DNA of 63,921 bases, the filler included, from an uncultured Methanosarcinales archaeon (lineage in GTDB: Archaea > Nanobdellota > Nanobdellia > Woesearchaeales > JABMPP01), in assembly GCA_964604995.1 (NCBI GenBank). It is 4 parts of 4 records of this genome, joined end to end, with 100 filler letters (N's around TTAATTAATTAA, not from the genome) between each part and the next. Parts side by side here need not be neighbours in the genome. Positions count along the whole stretch, not along the records: positions 1 to 20,778 come from CAZSAD010000029.1; 3 more parts are not named here. One strand, written 5' to 3'. The position numbers were made by a program, and so were the translations under genes. The notes beneath the pieces were generated by a model. That model saw only the letters and a list, made by a program, of their open reading frames with translations, was not told where the DNA came from and did no database searches. Shown here piece by piece: positions 1 to 10,578 of the stretch (positions are counted from its first letter, which is position 1; every line of letters starts with the position of its first letter).

Positions 1-1
1 T

Positions 2-814
2 ATAGGTCAAGTTATGTTTCAGAATAATACCTTAACAGGTTTTTTATTTTTAATTGGAATTTTTTATAATTCATGGATATTAGGAATTGGAACAATATTA
101 GGAGTAATTAGTAGTACAGTTACTGCAATTTTATTAAAGTATGATAGCAAAGATGTCCAAAATGGAATTTATGGATTTAATGGAACATTAGTAGGTATAG
201 CATTATTTTATTTTTTTCAAATTAATGTAATATTAATTGTCTGTCTAATTTTAGGTTCATCTATTTCATCATATATTATGAATTTTTTACATAAAAGAAA
301 AATTTCTCCTTTTACATTCCCTTTTGTATTAACAACTTGGTTTTTGATAGTAATAATATTAATTACTAAATTTACATTAAAACAACCAGATAATACCTTA
401 ATAAATGTGAATAATTTTAACTTTTTATCTTCTACAAGTATTGGTTTTGGTCAGGTTATGTTTCAAAATAATGTGATTACTGGAATCCTCTTTTTTATTG
501 GAATTTTAATTAACTCATGGCGAGCTGCACTTTTCGCATTAACTGGCTCAATTATTGGAGGTTTAATGTCTTGGTTAATTGGTTTGCCTATAGAATCTAT
601 TAATTTAGGGTTATATGGTTTTAATGGTGTTCTTTGTGCAATAGCACTTTTTAAAAACAAAAAATTTGATTGGCTTTATGCAATTTTTGCGATAATTTTA
701 TCAGTTAGTTTTATGAATTCTTTTATTGCACTAGGAATAATAGCATTAACTGCGCCTTTTGTTTTTTCTACATGGATAACATTATCAATTAAACAATTAA
801 TTGAACAAAATTAA
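2..814 (+). CDS. Urea transporter (UT/Yut family), 5'-truncated by window edge
   Basis: Internal duplication of GQVMFQNN and G(I/L)YGFNG motifs, plus PFTFPFV/TAPFV. The frame is open from position 2 (IGQVMF), so the start lies upstream. Confidence 0.9.
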   Translation: MGQVMFQNNTLTGFLFLIGIFYNSWILGIGTILGVISSTVTAILLKYDSKDVQNGIYGFNGTLVGIALFYFFQINVILIVCLILGSSISSYIMNFLHKRKISPFTFPFVLTTWFLIVIILITKFTLKQPDNTLINVNNFNFLSSTSIGFGQVMFQNNVITGILFFIGILINSWRAALFALTGSIIGGLMSWLIGLPIESINLGLYGFNGVLCAIALFKNKKFDWLYAIFAIILSVSFMNSFIALGIIALTAPFVFSTWITLSIKQLIEQN

Positions 815-855
815 ATAAAAGAAGAAGAAAATAAGAAAAAATAGAATTTAACAAA

Positions 856-1035
856 TTATTTTTTTACAACAAGGTAATACACAATAGCAGTAATTATACT
901 AAACAATATTGCACAAATAATCCATATAATTTTTTTTCCGTCGTCCCATTTTTTTTGTTGTGTAAAAACATCATATATTACCCAAACTGCACAAACAAGA
1001 GCAATTAAACCAATTAAACTTCCAAAAAGTGCCAT
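856..1035 (-). CDS. Small two-helix membrane protein, PLDc N-terminal-like (59 aa, missing from ORF track)
   Basis: Hand translation gives MALFGSLIGLIALVCAVWVIYDVFTQQKKWDDGKKIIWIICAILFSIITAIVYYLVVKK. A GGGGGAG SD precedes the ATG. Confidence 0.8.
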   Translation of the reverse strand: MALFGSLIGLIALVCAVWVIYDVFTQQKKWDDGKKIIWIICAILFSIITAIVYYLVVKK

Positions 1036-1212
1036 TTTTCTCCCCCCATTGTTAAAACTAAAATTATTGATATTTATTTTAACTAATATTAATTCTAATT
1101 AACATAATTTAAAAAACTTTTCATCAATAAAGATAGTTAGTAATAAGTAAGATATAATTTGTTAAAATATCGAAAGAAACCTTAATATACCCCCCCTCCT
1201 CTACTAAGAAGT

Positions 1213-1467
1213 ATGGAATTCGTAAATATTATTGGATATTTGGCAGCCATTTCAACAACTATTGCATTCTTACCACAAGCAATAAGAATTTGGAAAACAA
1301 AATCTGCAAAAGATCTTTCACTTTTTACATTTTTGATTTTTTGTATTGGAACAATGCTTTGGCTTATTTATGGTATAATGTTAAATTCTCTCCCAATCAT
1401 ATTTGCAAACTCATTAACTATGATACTAGCCTTAACTATCTTATTTTTTAAATTTAAATATGGGTAG
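1213..1467 (+). CDS. SemiSWEET / PQ-loop sugar transporter
   Basis: 84 aa, three TM helices, TTIAFLPQ..WKTKSAKDLS, LWLIYG, PIIFAN. Confidence 0.92.
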   Translation: MEFVNIIGYLAAISTTIAFLPQAIRIWKTKSAKDLSLFTFLIFCIGTMLWLIYGIMLNSLPIIFANSLTMILALTILFFKFKYG

Positions 1468-1594
1468 ATTACTTCGATTTTATAGAACAAAATTAAAATT
1501 AATTTTCATAAATTTAAAATCTATACGAATGTTTCGAAATCTAATCGAATTATTTGTATAAAATAATATTAAATATTTCAATTTTCTAGATTAT

Positions 1595-2011
1595 ATGAAC
1601 CAAGAAGCAATATTAAAAGACCAAAATAGTTTAAAACAACAAAGTCATAATCTTGCAATTGAAATTTATACTCTTGTTCTGCAATTCCCCAAATTTGAAA
1701 CAATGGTGATGACTCTCTCCTTAAGGAGATTGTCACTCTCCGTTGTCTCTAACATATCTAAGGGATTATCCTGTAAAGAATATAAAGATTTTAATTTTTT
1801 TATGAATTATGCAAAAGCGTCAAGTGAAGCAATAAGATCATTAAGCTTAATGGCAAAAGATATTGGGTACATAACTGAAGAACAATTATTATCAATTGAA
1901 AACAAATGTAATTTATTTTTTGAAGATATAAAAAAAATTATCAAAAGAAAAGAAATAAGATATAAAGTTAATACTAAATATAAGGATATTAATGACAGTA
2001 ATATTAATTAG
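1595..2011 (+). CDS. Four-helix-bundle protein (23S rRNA IVS-protein-like family)
   Basis: IY....FPK.E......LRR...SV.SNI.KG...F..F...A..S pattern, with a DIGYI tail. Confidence 0.75.
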   Translation: MNQEAILKDQNSLKQQSHNLAIEIYTLVLQFPKFETMVMTLSLRRLSLSVVSNISKGLSCKEYKDFNFFMNYAKASSEAIRSLSLMAKDIGYITEEQLLSIENKCNLFFEDIKKIIKRKEIRYKVNTKYKDINDSNIN

Positions 2012-2111
2012 TGATGATTAGTATGAAATAAAGATGAGTTATTGTAAAAAAATATTTAAAATATAATTAAAATAAGTAAGATTTTTAACTATCAGTTTTA
2101 ACTTATTTTAA

Positions 2112-3152
2112 ATGCAAACCAAAAAAAGATCAAATAATAAAAATACCAAGAAAAAAGATATCAAAAATATAAGCTGTCTTGGAATTGAAAGCACTGCACA
2201 TACATTTGGAGCTGCAGTTGTTACAAGTAATGGCCAAGTGCTTTCTAATGTTAAAAAAAGTTTCACAACTCCTAGAGGAGGAATGATTCCTCATCAAGTT
2301 GCATTTCATCATGTTGAAATTTGTGATAGCGTTATTAAAGAAGCACTGTTGCAAGCTAATAAAACAATTCAAGAAATTAATCTTATAAGTTATTCAGCAA
2401 GTCCAGGTATTGGACATACTTTAAGAATTGGTGCAATGGCTGCAAGAAGTCTTGCTATAATTAACAATAAACCAATTGTTGGTGTTAACCATTGTATTGC
2501 ACATTTAGAAATTGGCAGAATGTTAACTTCTGCAAAAGATCCAATTCTGCTTTATGCATCGGGAGCTAATACTCAAGTCATTGCGTATGATAATGGAAAA
2601 TATAGAATATTTGGAGAAACATTAGATACGGGAATTGGTAATTTTCTAGATACTTTTGCAAGAGATTTGGGAGTAGGATTTCCAGGCGGACCAATTATTG
2701 AAAGTATGGCATCAAAAGGAAAAAAATTTATTGAATTGCCTTATACTGTTAAAGGGATGGATGTTTCTTTTGGAGGATTACTTACTAATTTAAAGCAGAA
2801 AATAAATTCAAAACAATTTTCAAAAGAAGATTTATGTTATTCAGCGCAAGAAACTGTTTTTGCCATGTTAATAGAAGTTAGTGAAAGAGCTTTAGCTCAC
2901 ACTGGGAAAAAAGAATTATTGCTTGGTGGAGGAGTTGCATGTAATAAAAGGCTTCAAGAAATGGCTAAAATTATGTGTAATGAAAGAGGAGCTAAATGTT
3001 ATATATTACAAAATCAGTTTAATGTTGATAATGCTGCAATGATATCTTGGCTTGGAATTTTAGAATATCAAAACAAAGCAAAAAGTACAATAAAACAAGC
3101 AACAATAAATCCTTATTTAAGAACGGATGAAGTATTAGTTACCTGGAGATAA
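2112..3152 (+). CDS. kae1: tRNA N6-threonylcarbamoyltransferase Kae1
   Basis: LGIESTAHT, HCIAH metal-binding motif, SGANTQ, GETLD, GGGVACN, DNAAMI. Confidence 0.97.
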   Translation: MQTKKRSNNKNTKKKDIKNISCLGIESTAHTFGAAVVTSNGQVLSNVKKSFTTPRGGMIPHQVAFHHVEICDSVIKEALLQANKTIQEINLISYSASPGIGHTLRIGAMAARSLAIINNKPIVGVNHCIAHLEIGRMLTSAKDPILLYASGANTQVIAYDNGKYRIFGETLDTGIGNFLDTFARDLGVGFPGGPIIESMASKGKKFIELPYTVKGMDVSFGGLLTNLKQKINSKQFSKEDLCYSAQETVFAMLIEVSERALAHTGKKELLLGGGVACNKRLQEMAKIMCNERGAKCYILQNQFNVDNAAMISWLGILEYQNKAKSTIKQATINPYLRTDEVLVTWR

Positions 3153-3242
3153 ATTTAGATTATAAATAAAAATTAGAGAAAACTCATTGATTTAGACAAT
3201 TTCTAGAAAAAATTTATATAATTTCAAAAAGAAACATCTCTT

Positions 3243-4397
3243 GTGACATTAATATCAAAAAAAAGAGGTCAGGAGAGCTTATCTCCTTTAATTTATGCAA
3301 CAATAGCAATAGTTGTAATCCTCTTAGGAATATGGGGAGTTAGTAATATTATTAAAACATCAAAACAAACAAACGAAGCAGATCTTATAGTATTTACTAA
3401 TTCACTTGCAAAAAGATTGATACCAGATTCAGCTTATTTTGGAAATGTAGAAGAAATAAGTTTTTCTTTACCACAAGATGTAAACGAAGTATGTTTTATT
3501 GATAAAAACAGAACTTTTGATGAATTTATTAATTCAGAATTAACAATTTCTGCAAAAACATTCCAAGACTCAACATTATTTATCAAATCTTATGGAACTT
3601 TTAAAGCATTTAAAGTTAAAAATATCAAAATTGAAAAAGAAAATAATCCTATTTGTATAGTTCCAAATAAAAATAAGATTGATTTAGTTTTAGAAAATAA
3701 AGGAATTTTCAAAGATATAAGTTCAAAAAATCAAAAAAGAAATAATGATTGTACCATAATCGAGTATAACGGTGAACCAATTAATAAATTGGATTTTGTT
3801 TTTATAGGTTCAAATTATGAAAATTTAGAAGATTTTATTGCGGATACTAATAAATATTATACAAGATTAAAAAACAGTGAACCATTCGAATCTTTTTATA
3901 CAAAATTTAACTTTTACAGAGTAGATGACATAAAAAGTTTGAAGTGTAATTCTGAAGAATTGATTAAATGCGATGAAGTGCAAATTAATCAATTAGCATC
4001 GCAATGCCCAAATGATTTTGTAATTTTATTGTATAAAGACAATTATTATCAGAATACTAGAAGTAGTAGTGTTCGAAATTTAGTTAAAATTGCATTGAAT
4101 ATTGATACTGTCCAAAAAACAGTATTAATGCATGAATTAGGCCATGGAATAGGTAATTTAGCTGATGAATATACTGAAGATGATTATTATGGAAAAGTAC
4201 ATTTTAATGTAAAAGATTATCCAAACTGCGATTTGATGCCATGTGAAAAATGGGGAGGAGTTGGTTGCTATGAAGGTTGTTCAATGAGCCAATTTTTTAG
4301 ACCAACTCAAAATTCGATTATGAAAAGTTTATCTACAAATGAATTTGGTCCAATCAATGAAAAAATAATGAGTGATAAATTAGAAAAATATTCCTAA
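3243..4397 (+). CDS. Secreted/anchored M64-like zinc metallopeptidase with pilin-like N-terminus
   Basis: HELGHGIGNLADEY zincin motif, CYEGC..FRPTQNSIM. N-terminal KKRGQ followed by a hydrophobic helix. Confidence 0.8.
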   Translation: MTLISKKRGQESLSPLIYATIAIVVILLGIWGVSNIIKTSKQTNEADLIVFTNSLAKRLIPDSAYFGNVEEISFSLPQDVNEVCFIDKNRTFDEFINSELTISAKTFQDSTLFIKSYGTFKAFKVKNIKIEKENNPICIVPNKNKIDLVLENKGIFKDISSKNQKRNNDCTIIEYNGEPINKLDFVFIGSNYENLEDFIADTNKYYTRLKNSEPFESFYTKFNFYRVDDIKSLKCNSEELIKCDEVQINQLASQCPNDFVILLYKDNYYQNTRSSSVRNLVKIALNIDTVQKTVLMHELGHGIGNLADEYTEDDYYGKVHFNVKDYPNCDLMPCEKWGGVGCYEGCSMSQFFRPTQNSIMKSLSTNEFGPINEKIMSDKLEKYS

Positions 4398-4419
4398 AAA
4401 TGAAAAAAATAAATGAACA

Positions 4420-5001
4420 ATGAAAAAGATGAAAACAAGAAAAAATGAAATATTGAAGAGAATATTTAATTTCACATTAGTTTTAGTATTGATAACTATT
4501 GTTTGTTTGAATTTTGTAATTGCCTCCCCTTCAACAATTAGAATTTTAGGATTTAATTATGAGCAAATAGAAGGTAAACCTAGCATGGTAATAACAAGCG
4601 ATACAACAAAATTAGGTTACTATCCGGATTATTATTTCCAACCAGAGAAGGGATATAATCTACAGATTCAAGATGAATTATCACAAGAATTATTCTCTTT
4701 AAAATTTAAATCACCTGATCTAATTTTTTATGATGAATTCAAAGATACAAATATAACAGGTGGCCTAGTTTTAATTAATCAAACTGATTTTGCATTAACT
4801 CTTCCTACTTTTCAAAATGAAGATAAAATAGTGATTTTGGATGAAGATAATAGTGAAGTTTTATCTTATGTATTACCTAAAGAAAAACAAGAACAGACTA
4901 CAAATTATTTACAATATTGGAAATGGGTATTTTTGATTTGTGCTTTAACCATCATCTTTTTACTAGCAAGAAAAATAAATAAAAAAAGAATACAACAATA
5001 A
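4420..5001 (+). CDS. Secreted protein with C-terminal TM anchor, co-transcribed with the peptidase
   Basis: Signal peptide, beta-rich acidic core, C-terminal TM helix and basic tail. Confidence 0.6.
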   Translation: MKKMKTRKNEILKRIFNFTLVLVLITIVCLNFVIASPSTIRILGFNYEQIEGKPSMVITSDTTKLGYYPDYYFQPEKGYNLQIQDELSQELFSLKFKSPDLIFYDEFKDTNITGGLVLINQTDFALTLPTFQNEDKIVILDEDNSEVLSYVLPKEKQEQTTNYLQYWKWVFLICALTIIFLLARKINKKRIQQ

Positions 5002-5039
5002 GAAAACTATGAAAAAATGTATAAGATAAAAATTAGAAT

Positions 5040-5315
5040 TTAAATAATCTGTGCGTGAATTTCACCACAGTCTCTACAAATTAACTCTGCTCTTTCTTTA
5101 TTATAAAAAACATTTAAAGACCCACAAACAGGGCATTCATGCATTGGAACAGGTCTTGGCACTGCAAGTTCTTGGGATTTGACATTTAATGCATTGTTAT
5201 TACTAGATTTTGAAACTTGTTTTTTTGAAACAGTATTTTTAATAGAAGATTTTTTTATGGCCTTATTAGTAGTTTTTTTAGCAACTTTAACTACTGATTT
5301 CTTTTTGTTTACCAT
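5040..5315 (-). CDS. Standalone TFIIB-type zinc-ribbon protein with Lys-rich N-tail
   Basis: CPVCGS..VFYN.ERAELICRDCG. Likely start is ATG 5315 (MVNKKK). Confidence 0.75.
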   Translation of the reverse strand: MVNKKKSVVKVAKKTTNKAIKKSSIKNTVSKKQVSKSSNNNALNVKSQELAVPRPVPMHECPVCGSLNVFYNKERAELICRDCGEIHAQII

Positions 5316-5412
5316 ATTTTTATTACCTGAAAAAGCTAATTTAAAAAGTTTTTGTATATTCATCATAATCAACTCACTAACAAAAAATGAGTAACCCTCT
5401 CTTTATTAAATT

Positions 5413-7491
5413 TTACTGTTTGTCAGCCAATAAAATCTTTTTAAGAATGTCCTGCTTGCCTCTCCAATCTAAAGCTTCTTTTAATACATCAGTTATGTTT
5501 TCTACAGGAATTATTTTTATTTTGCTCAGTTTCGTTTTATTTATAATAATATCATTTAGATTACTTTTTGGGACAATGACAAATTCCATACCTGCTTCAA
5601 TTGCAGCTTCTACTTTAGAAGTAACTCCTCCAACAGGTAAAACTTCTCCCCTAACTGACAAAGAGCCAGTCATTGCATAATTTTGTTTTATTGGCACATT
5701 TTTAAGTGCACTAATTATAGATGTTGCAACTGCAATCGATGCTGAATCTCCTTCAACACCTTCATAAGTTTGTAAAAATTGCACGTGAATATCATATTTT
5801 CCTCTAATGCTATCACCAAAATATTTTTTGATTATTGCTGATACATTTTTAATAGCTTCTTTTGCTATTTCACCAAGTTTACCTGTTGCAACAATATCAG
5901 ATTGTTTTCCACCAGGAGTTACTTCTGATTCTATTGGAAGAAGTATTCCAGACATTGCTGTCCCACCACCTAAAACTGCAAGACCATTTACTCTTCCAAT
6001 TCTACTACCTTTTGCAATTATGACTTCATATTCTTTCTTTCTTTCAATATATCTATCTGCTATTTGTTGCTCAAGATTTTTAGCAACTTCCTTAGCTGCA
6101 AACACATCTTCTGTTTCAACAAAAGTTTTAGATGATTCTTTAGCTAAATCTCCTGCTGCCCTAACTAATCCACCAAGCTCTCTTAGCATTAATGTTAAAT
6201 GGCCTTTTCTATTTGCCATTCTTCTTGCTTCTTCGACTATTGCATCAACAGCTTCTTTTGTAAAATGTGGAATCTTTTTGTCTTTTTTAACTTCTTGTGC
6301 AACAAAAATTGCTATTTTATCACGATTTTGAATGGTATCTTTCATAGTTTCACGCATATAAATTTCATAACCATATCCGCGAATTCTAGATCTTAATGCT
6401 GGATGCATATGTTTGATTGTTTCCATGTTGCCAGCTGCTACAAGAATAAAATTGCATGGTACTGGTTCAGTCCTAACCATTGCTCCAGCAGATCTTTCGC
6501 TTTGTCCAGTAATTGGATGTTTACCTTCTTGTAAAGAGGTTAATAATTCTTGCTGTGTATGTTGTTTTAATGTTGAAATTTCATCAACAAATAACACACC
6601 CATATTTGCTTTGTGAATCATACCTGCAACTACCCTTTCATGTGCTGGAGTACCAAGACCACCTGTTTGAAATGGATCGTGTAATACATCTCCTAGTAAT
6701 GCACCAGCATGCGCACCAGTTGCATCAAAAAATGGAACTTGTTTTTTATCAAAATTATCCACAATAACTTTTGGAACAATTGTTTTATCAGTTGATTTTT
6801 TATTGAAATTAATAAAGGTTACAAATGCAACTAAAAATATCATTCCTCCAAGAAAGAATGCTGCAAACATGACATCTGATTTGTAATAAGATCTAATAAA
6901 CCATGGTGCAACCATAGCAACAACTGCTAAAAAAAACATCAAAAGATTCTGATTTTTTAACATCCCCATAGATTCCAATCTACTTCGCATAATGATGTCC
7001 CTACCTTTTCCAGAAGGAACAACCCTTATAAGTGGTTGATTTTCATCATTAGGATTAGCAAAAGAGAGTATATCTACTAATTTTTCTTTAGGTAATAATT
7101 CAGCAAGTGCCATTCCAAGCATGGATTTACCGGTTCCTGGTTCACCAATTAATAAAACGTGTCTTCTTTGAGAAGCTGCTTTTTTAATTACATTTACTGC
7201 ACCTTCTTGTCCAATAACTTGACCAATTATTTTATCAGAAATATTTATTTCACTCGTATTTTTAAATGATAAAGGAATATATTTTTCATTTTCATCTTGT
7301 AACTTACCATTTTGTAATTTATTATTTTCTACTTTTTTTGATGTAGTATTTTTTAATACACTTTTAGATTTGGAATTAGATTGAAGATTAGATTGAGATT
7401 TAAGTTGAGAGTTAGAATTAGATTTACTTTTAATTGATGATTTAGCTTTAATTGAACTTCCCTGGTTTTTAGAAGGTAATTTTTTCGACAT
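5413..7491 (-). CDS. lonB: Archaeal ATP-dependent protease LonB
   Basis: GEPGTGKS Walker A, two TM helices, [15 protein letters not shown] catalytic Ser, [12 protein letters not shown]. Confidence 0.97.
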   Translation of the reverse strand: MSKKLPSKNQGSSIKAKSSIKSKSNSNSQLKSQSNLQSNSKSKSVLKNTTSKKVENNKLQNGKLQDENEKYIPLSFKNTSEINISDKIIGQVIGQEGAVNVIKKAASQRRHVLLIGEPGTGKSMLGMALAELLPKEKLVDILSFANPNDENQPLIRVVPSGKGRDIIMRSRLESMGMLKNQNLLMFFLAVVAMVAPWFIRSYYKSDVMFAAFFLGGMIFLVAFVTFINFNKKSTDKTIVPKVIVDNFDKKQVPFFDATGAHAGALLGDVLHDPFQTGGLGTPAHERVVAGMIHKANMGVLFVDEISTLKQHTQQELLTSLQEGKHPITGQSERSAGAMVRTEPVPCNFILVAAGNMETIKHMHPALRSRIRGYGYEIYMRETMKDTIQNRDKIAIFVAQEVKKDKKIPHFTKEAVDAIVEEARRMANRKGHLTLMLRELGGLVRAAGDLAKESSKTFVETEDVFAAKEVAKNLEQQIADRYIERKKEYEVIIAKGSRIGRVNGLAVLGGGTAMSGILLPIESEVTPGGKQSDIVATGKLGEIAKEAIKNVSAIIKKYFGDSIRGKYDIHVQFLQTYEGVEGDSASIAVATSIISALKNVPIKQNYAMTGSLSVRGEVLPVGGVTSKVEAAIEAGMEFVIVPKSNLNDIIINKTKLSKIKIIPVENITDVLKEALDWRGKQDILKKILLADKQ

Positions 7492-7638
7492 TGTCGTAAA
7501 GAAAACAGCTGGATTTTAAAAGCTTTCTTTAAACACTTAAATTATTGATAATAACAACGTAACAACAACGTTATTTGTATAAAAATTCCGTTTTTCTATG
7601 ACGATACTATTTAAGTAAAAATAGAATAAATAATTAAA

Positions 7639-7998
7639 ATGGACGAAAAAAGTTTACTTAAACTCTCATTGATTGTATCTTTATTAGGGTTAACGGCATT
7701 ATATTTTATTGCAATAAATTCTACTCTTCCAGATTTTCAATCTGAAAAAGTAAAATCACTTATCGGAAAAGATATTTATGTAGTTGGAACAATTAAACAA
7801 ATTAGTGATAGTGAAAAACTTGTTAAAATGGTAATTAGGGATGATAGGTATGGAAATGAAGTTCCTTTGGTAGTATTCAAATCACCACAAAAAATAATTT
7901 CCTTAAATGTAGGTAATGAAATTTCGGTTATAGGTGAAGTTAGGCAATTTCAAGGAAAATATGAAGTGATTGTTTATGAAATAAAAATTATAAAATAA
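7639..7998 (+). CDS. Membrane-anchored OB-fold protein
   Basis: N-terminal TM helix, then V.G.I...I.DD..G.V..V.F...G..I.V.G.V..F.GKYEV. Confidence 0.75.
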   Translation: MDEKSLLKLSLIVSLLGLTALYFIAINSTLPDFQSEKVKSLIGKDIYVVGTIKQISDSEKLVKMVIRDDRYGNEVPLVVFKSPQKIISLNVGNEISVIGEVRQFQGKYEVIVYEIKIIK

Positions 7999-8052
7999 AG
8001 GAAGAAAAATAGATAAAGTAGAGATAAAAAAATCATTAGAATAAATAAAATT

Positions 8053-8511
8053 TTAAACCAAGGAAACAGAATTTTTTTCATTTCTTAATATTAAATTTTT
8101 GTAAGCGATTTTTAATTCAAATTCCACCATATCCTTCCCAGCAATTGCATTATTAGTAAATCCCAATTTGTCTAAACTAAGAGAATATTGATGATCCCCA
8201 ATATATCCGAAAGTTTGATTGTCTTCTAGCAAAACAGATTTCTCAAAAGCTTCACCTGATAATTCAATGAATTCTTTTGCACTAATAACTCTTGTTTCAT
8301 CTCCGAGCCTTAAATTTATTTTAGCATCTTCTGGTAAATTTTGATTATTTGAAGTTGTAAGAGTTGCATAAATATCAGAAATTTTTATTTTTTCAGTATT
8401 TAAAGTAGCAAATCCTGTTATACTTGGACTAGTTAATGAACTAAATCCAAAAATAATTAGTGCTAATAAAGATAAACTTAAAGGCACCCATTTTACCATC
8501 TTAAAGTTCAT
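8053..8511 (-). CDS. Hypothetical exported protein with SITGFAT motif after the signal helix
   Basis: N-terminal hydrophobic helix followed by ITGF, a motif frequent in DPANN surface proteins. Confidence 0.6.
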   Translation of the reverse strand: MNFKMVKWVPLSLSLLALIIFGFSSLTSPSITGFATLNTEKIKISDIYATLTTSNNQNLPEDAKINLRLGDETRVISAKEFIELSGEAFEKSVLLEDNQTFGYIGDHQYSLSLDKLGFTNNAIAGKDMVEFELKIAYKNLILRNEKNSVSLV

Positions 8512-8644
8512 AATGCGAAAAAAGAGAGAATAAATATAAAGCTATCTGAAATAAGTAAGTATAAGAATTAATTTCCAAAATATTGTTCCCAAAATATTGT
8601 TCTTGTGAATAACATTTAAAAATGCAAACAGTTATGGTTATAAT

Positions 8645-10489
8645 ATGACATCAAAGTCAAAAAAAACTAGCATATTCGACGATATTCCAAAAGAAGCTAG
8701 AAATAAAGAAAAAAGAGTACTACTTGATATTTTTTGGATATCAATATTAGTATTTGTAGTTGCAGTAATGGTTTTACGTGATGGTAAAAATTTATTTGAA
8801 ATTGAATGTAAAGATTGCAAAGAACAAAGTAATTGCAATGGAATATGTTTGCAAAGTTGTTTAAGAGAAGGATACGATACTTCAACTTCTTCAGGATACA
8901 ACACTAGCAAAGGAATGTTTTGCGATTGTAGATGTGATCATGCTTTGCATACTTTGTTACTTGGAAAAAAATGTGATGGAAATTATACTAACTTCGGAGA
9001 TTATTGTTGTACCGATTTAAACAAAGACAAAGTTTGTGATAGATATTATTCTTTAAATCTTTTAGATATAAAATATCAACCAACATCTGGTCAATCATTT
9101 GAATCTTGCTCACAAAGTTGTAATGATGCAAATGAATGCACACAAGATATTTGTAAAATAGATACCAAATATTCAGGATATATTTGTGATCACGAGAAAA
9201 TTATTCCTTGTTGTGGGAATGCGATTTGTGAAGAAACAGAAAAATGTGGTTCTTGCTTTAAAGATTGTGGTGGTTGTTTGAGTTTACAAGGTGCAAAAAA
9301 GAATGTTGAAAATGTCTTAGGTTATAATAATTGGATGGATATTCAAGATGTCAAAGATAAAGTTACCTTATCAGTTATGAATAATAGTAATGCAAAAATT
9401 TTAAGAATAGACGATTTTAATAAAGTATTTAATACATATTCTGATTTTAAAAATTTTAATTTTAAAGTATCATCCAATAAAAAAAGTATTGAATTATACA
9501 ATAGTTTTGATACAAGTTTAGTTGTTTTATTTGAAAAAGACCAATATTCGCCGCATGGTATAATAAATGAAAAAATAGGATATATCAAAGACACAAATAA
9601 TTCAGATGGATTTTTATTTCATGAATTTAATATTATGTGTAGCCAAGATCTTTACATAAGATTAACACCTAACTGGCAAAATGATAAATTAACTTACAAA
9701 CAAGATTATGATAAATTAGTAATTAAAAATCAGTTTGATTTGGATAAACAAACAATTTTTCCATTAGTAGAAACTGTTTTAGATTCATGTCCCCTTGGAA
9801 AATTGCAGTCTTGTGAAAATTGTAAAGAAACTGTAATATCTGAAAAAATAATTGATAAAATTACTAATGAAAGTAAAGCTTTTTTAAAAGATAGTGATGG
9901 ATATTATTATTCTATAGAAAATGAAAATATCCTAATAATTGATAATACTAGTTTAGGTGGATTAAAATATTTGGATCAGAATTTTAAAACAAATATGCCA
10001 CAAATATATGAAGGGTTGTTTTATCAAAAAGATTTAGATTATCTTAATTTAAAAATAAATGAGATGAATAATTTTATTAGTAAAGACCCTGAAAAAACAC
10101 CAGGCGAGAGTAGATTTTTTCATTATGCTTCTCACAACATAACAAAAAATGAGCTTTATAATTTTATAAATTTAAAAGAAAATTCAACAGTTTATGAAAA
10201 AGGATATTCTTATTTGTATAGGTATGATCTAAAACAAGAGATATTAGGAACAGATGATACTAAAAGTGGATATATTTATTCTACAAAAGATTTGATTGTA
10301 ACTAACTTAAGAACTATCTTTTTATGTAAAAATAATCTTATAAGTATAGGAAGTAAAGAAAGTGTTATTTATGAAGGTAAAACAAGTGATGAACAAATAG
10401 ATTTAATTAAAAATAAAATAAAAGACAATCAAAAAATATTAACTTCAAAAGCCTTAGCAATTGAAGAAGAATGTAATAAAATAAATTAG
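8645..10489 (+). CDS. Cys-rich membrane-anchored extracellular protein
   Basis: N-terminal TM helix. CCTDLNKDKVCD, CNDANECTQDIC and CCGNAICEETEKCGSCFKDC repeats. Confidence 0.7.
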   Translation: MTSKSKKTSIFDDIPKEARNKEKRVLLDIFWISILVFVVAVMVLRDGKNLFEIECKDCKEQSNCNGICLQSCLREGYDTSTSSGYNTSKGMFCDCRCDHALHTLLLGKKCDGNYTNFGDYCCTDLNKDKVCDRYYSLNLLDIKYQPTSGQSFESCSQSCNDANECTQDICKIDTKYSGYICDHEKIIPCCGNAICEETEKCGSCFKDCGGCLSLQGAKKNVENVLGYNNWMDIQDVKDKVTLSVMNNSNAKILRIDDFNKVFNTYSDFKNFNFKVSSNKKSIELYNSFDTSLVVLFEKDQYSPHGIINEKIGYIKDTNNSDGFLFHEFNIMCSQDLYIRLTPNWQNDKLTYKQDYDKLVIKNQFDLDKQTIFPLVETVLDSCPLGKLQSCENCKETVISEKIIDKITNESKAFLKDSDGYYYSIENENILIIDNTSLGGLKYLDQNFKTNMPQIYEGLFYQKDLDYLNLKINEMNNFISKDPEKTPGESRFFHYASHNITKNELYNFINLKENSTVYEKGYSYLYRYDLKQEILGTDDTKSGYIYSTKDLIVTNLRTIFLCKNNLISIGSKESVIYEGKTSDEQIDLIKNKIKDNQKILTSKALAIEEECNKIN

Positions 10490-10578
10490 ATATTCTAATA
10501 TTTGTTCATTTTTTCATCCGAAAATTTTTCGAAAAAAATTAGGTAAAGTACATTAATTAAAAAGTAATTTAAATTTGA

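Noticed and set aside
1595..2011. Four-helix-bundle gene as the Avd of a diversity-generating retroelement
   Set aside because: No reverse transcriptase and no TR/VR pair differing at adenines was seen in the window. Standalone members of this family are common.
5387..6767. Plus-strand ORFs inside lonB, and similar antisense ORFs inside kae1, lig, the antiporter, flippase and ABC genes
   Set aside because: They lie opposite well-supported genes and have no motifs.
8575..8602. 14-bp tandem duplication CCAAAATATTGTTC
   Set aside because: Only two copies with no linked regulator. Probably slippage.
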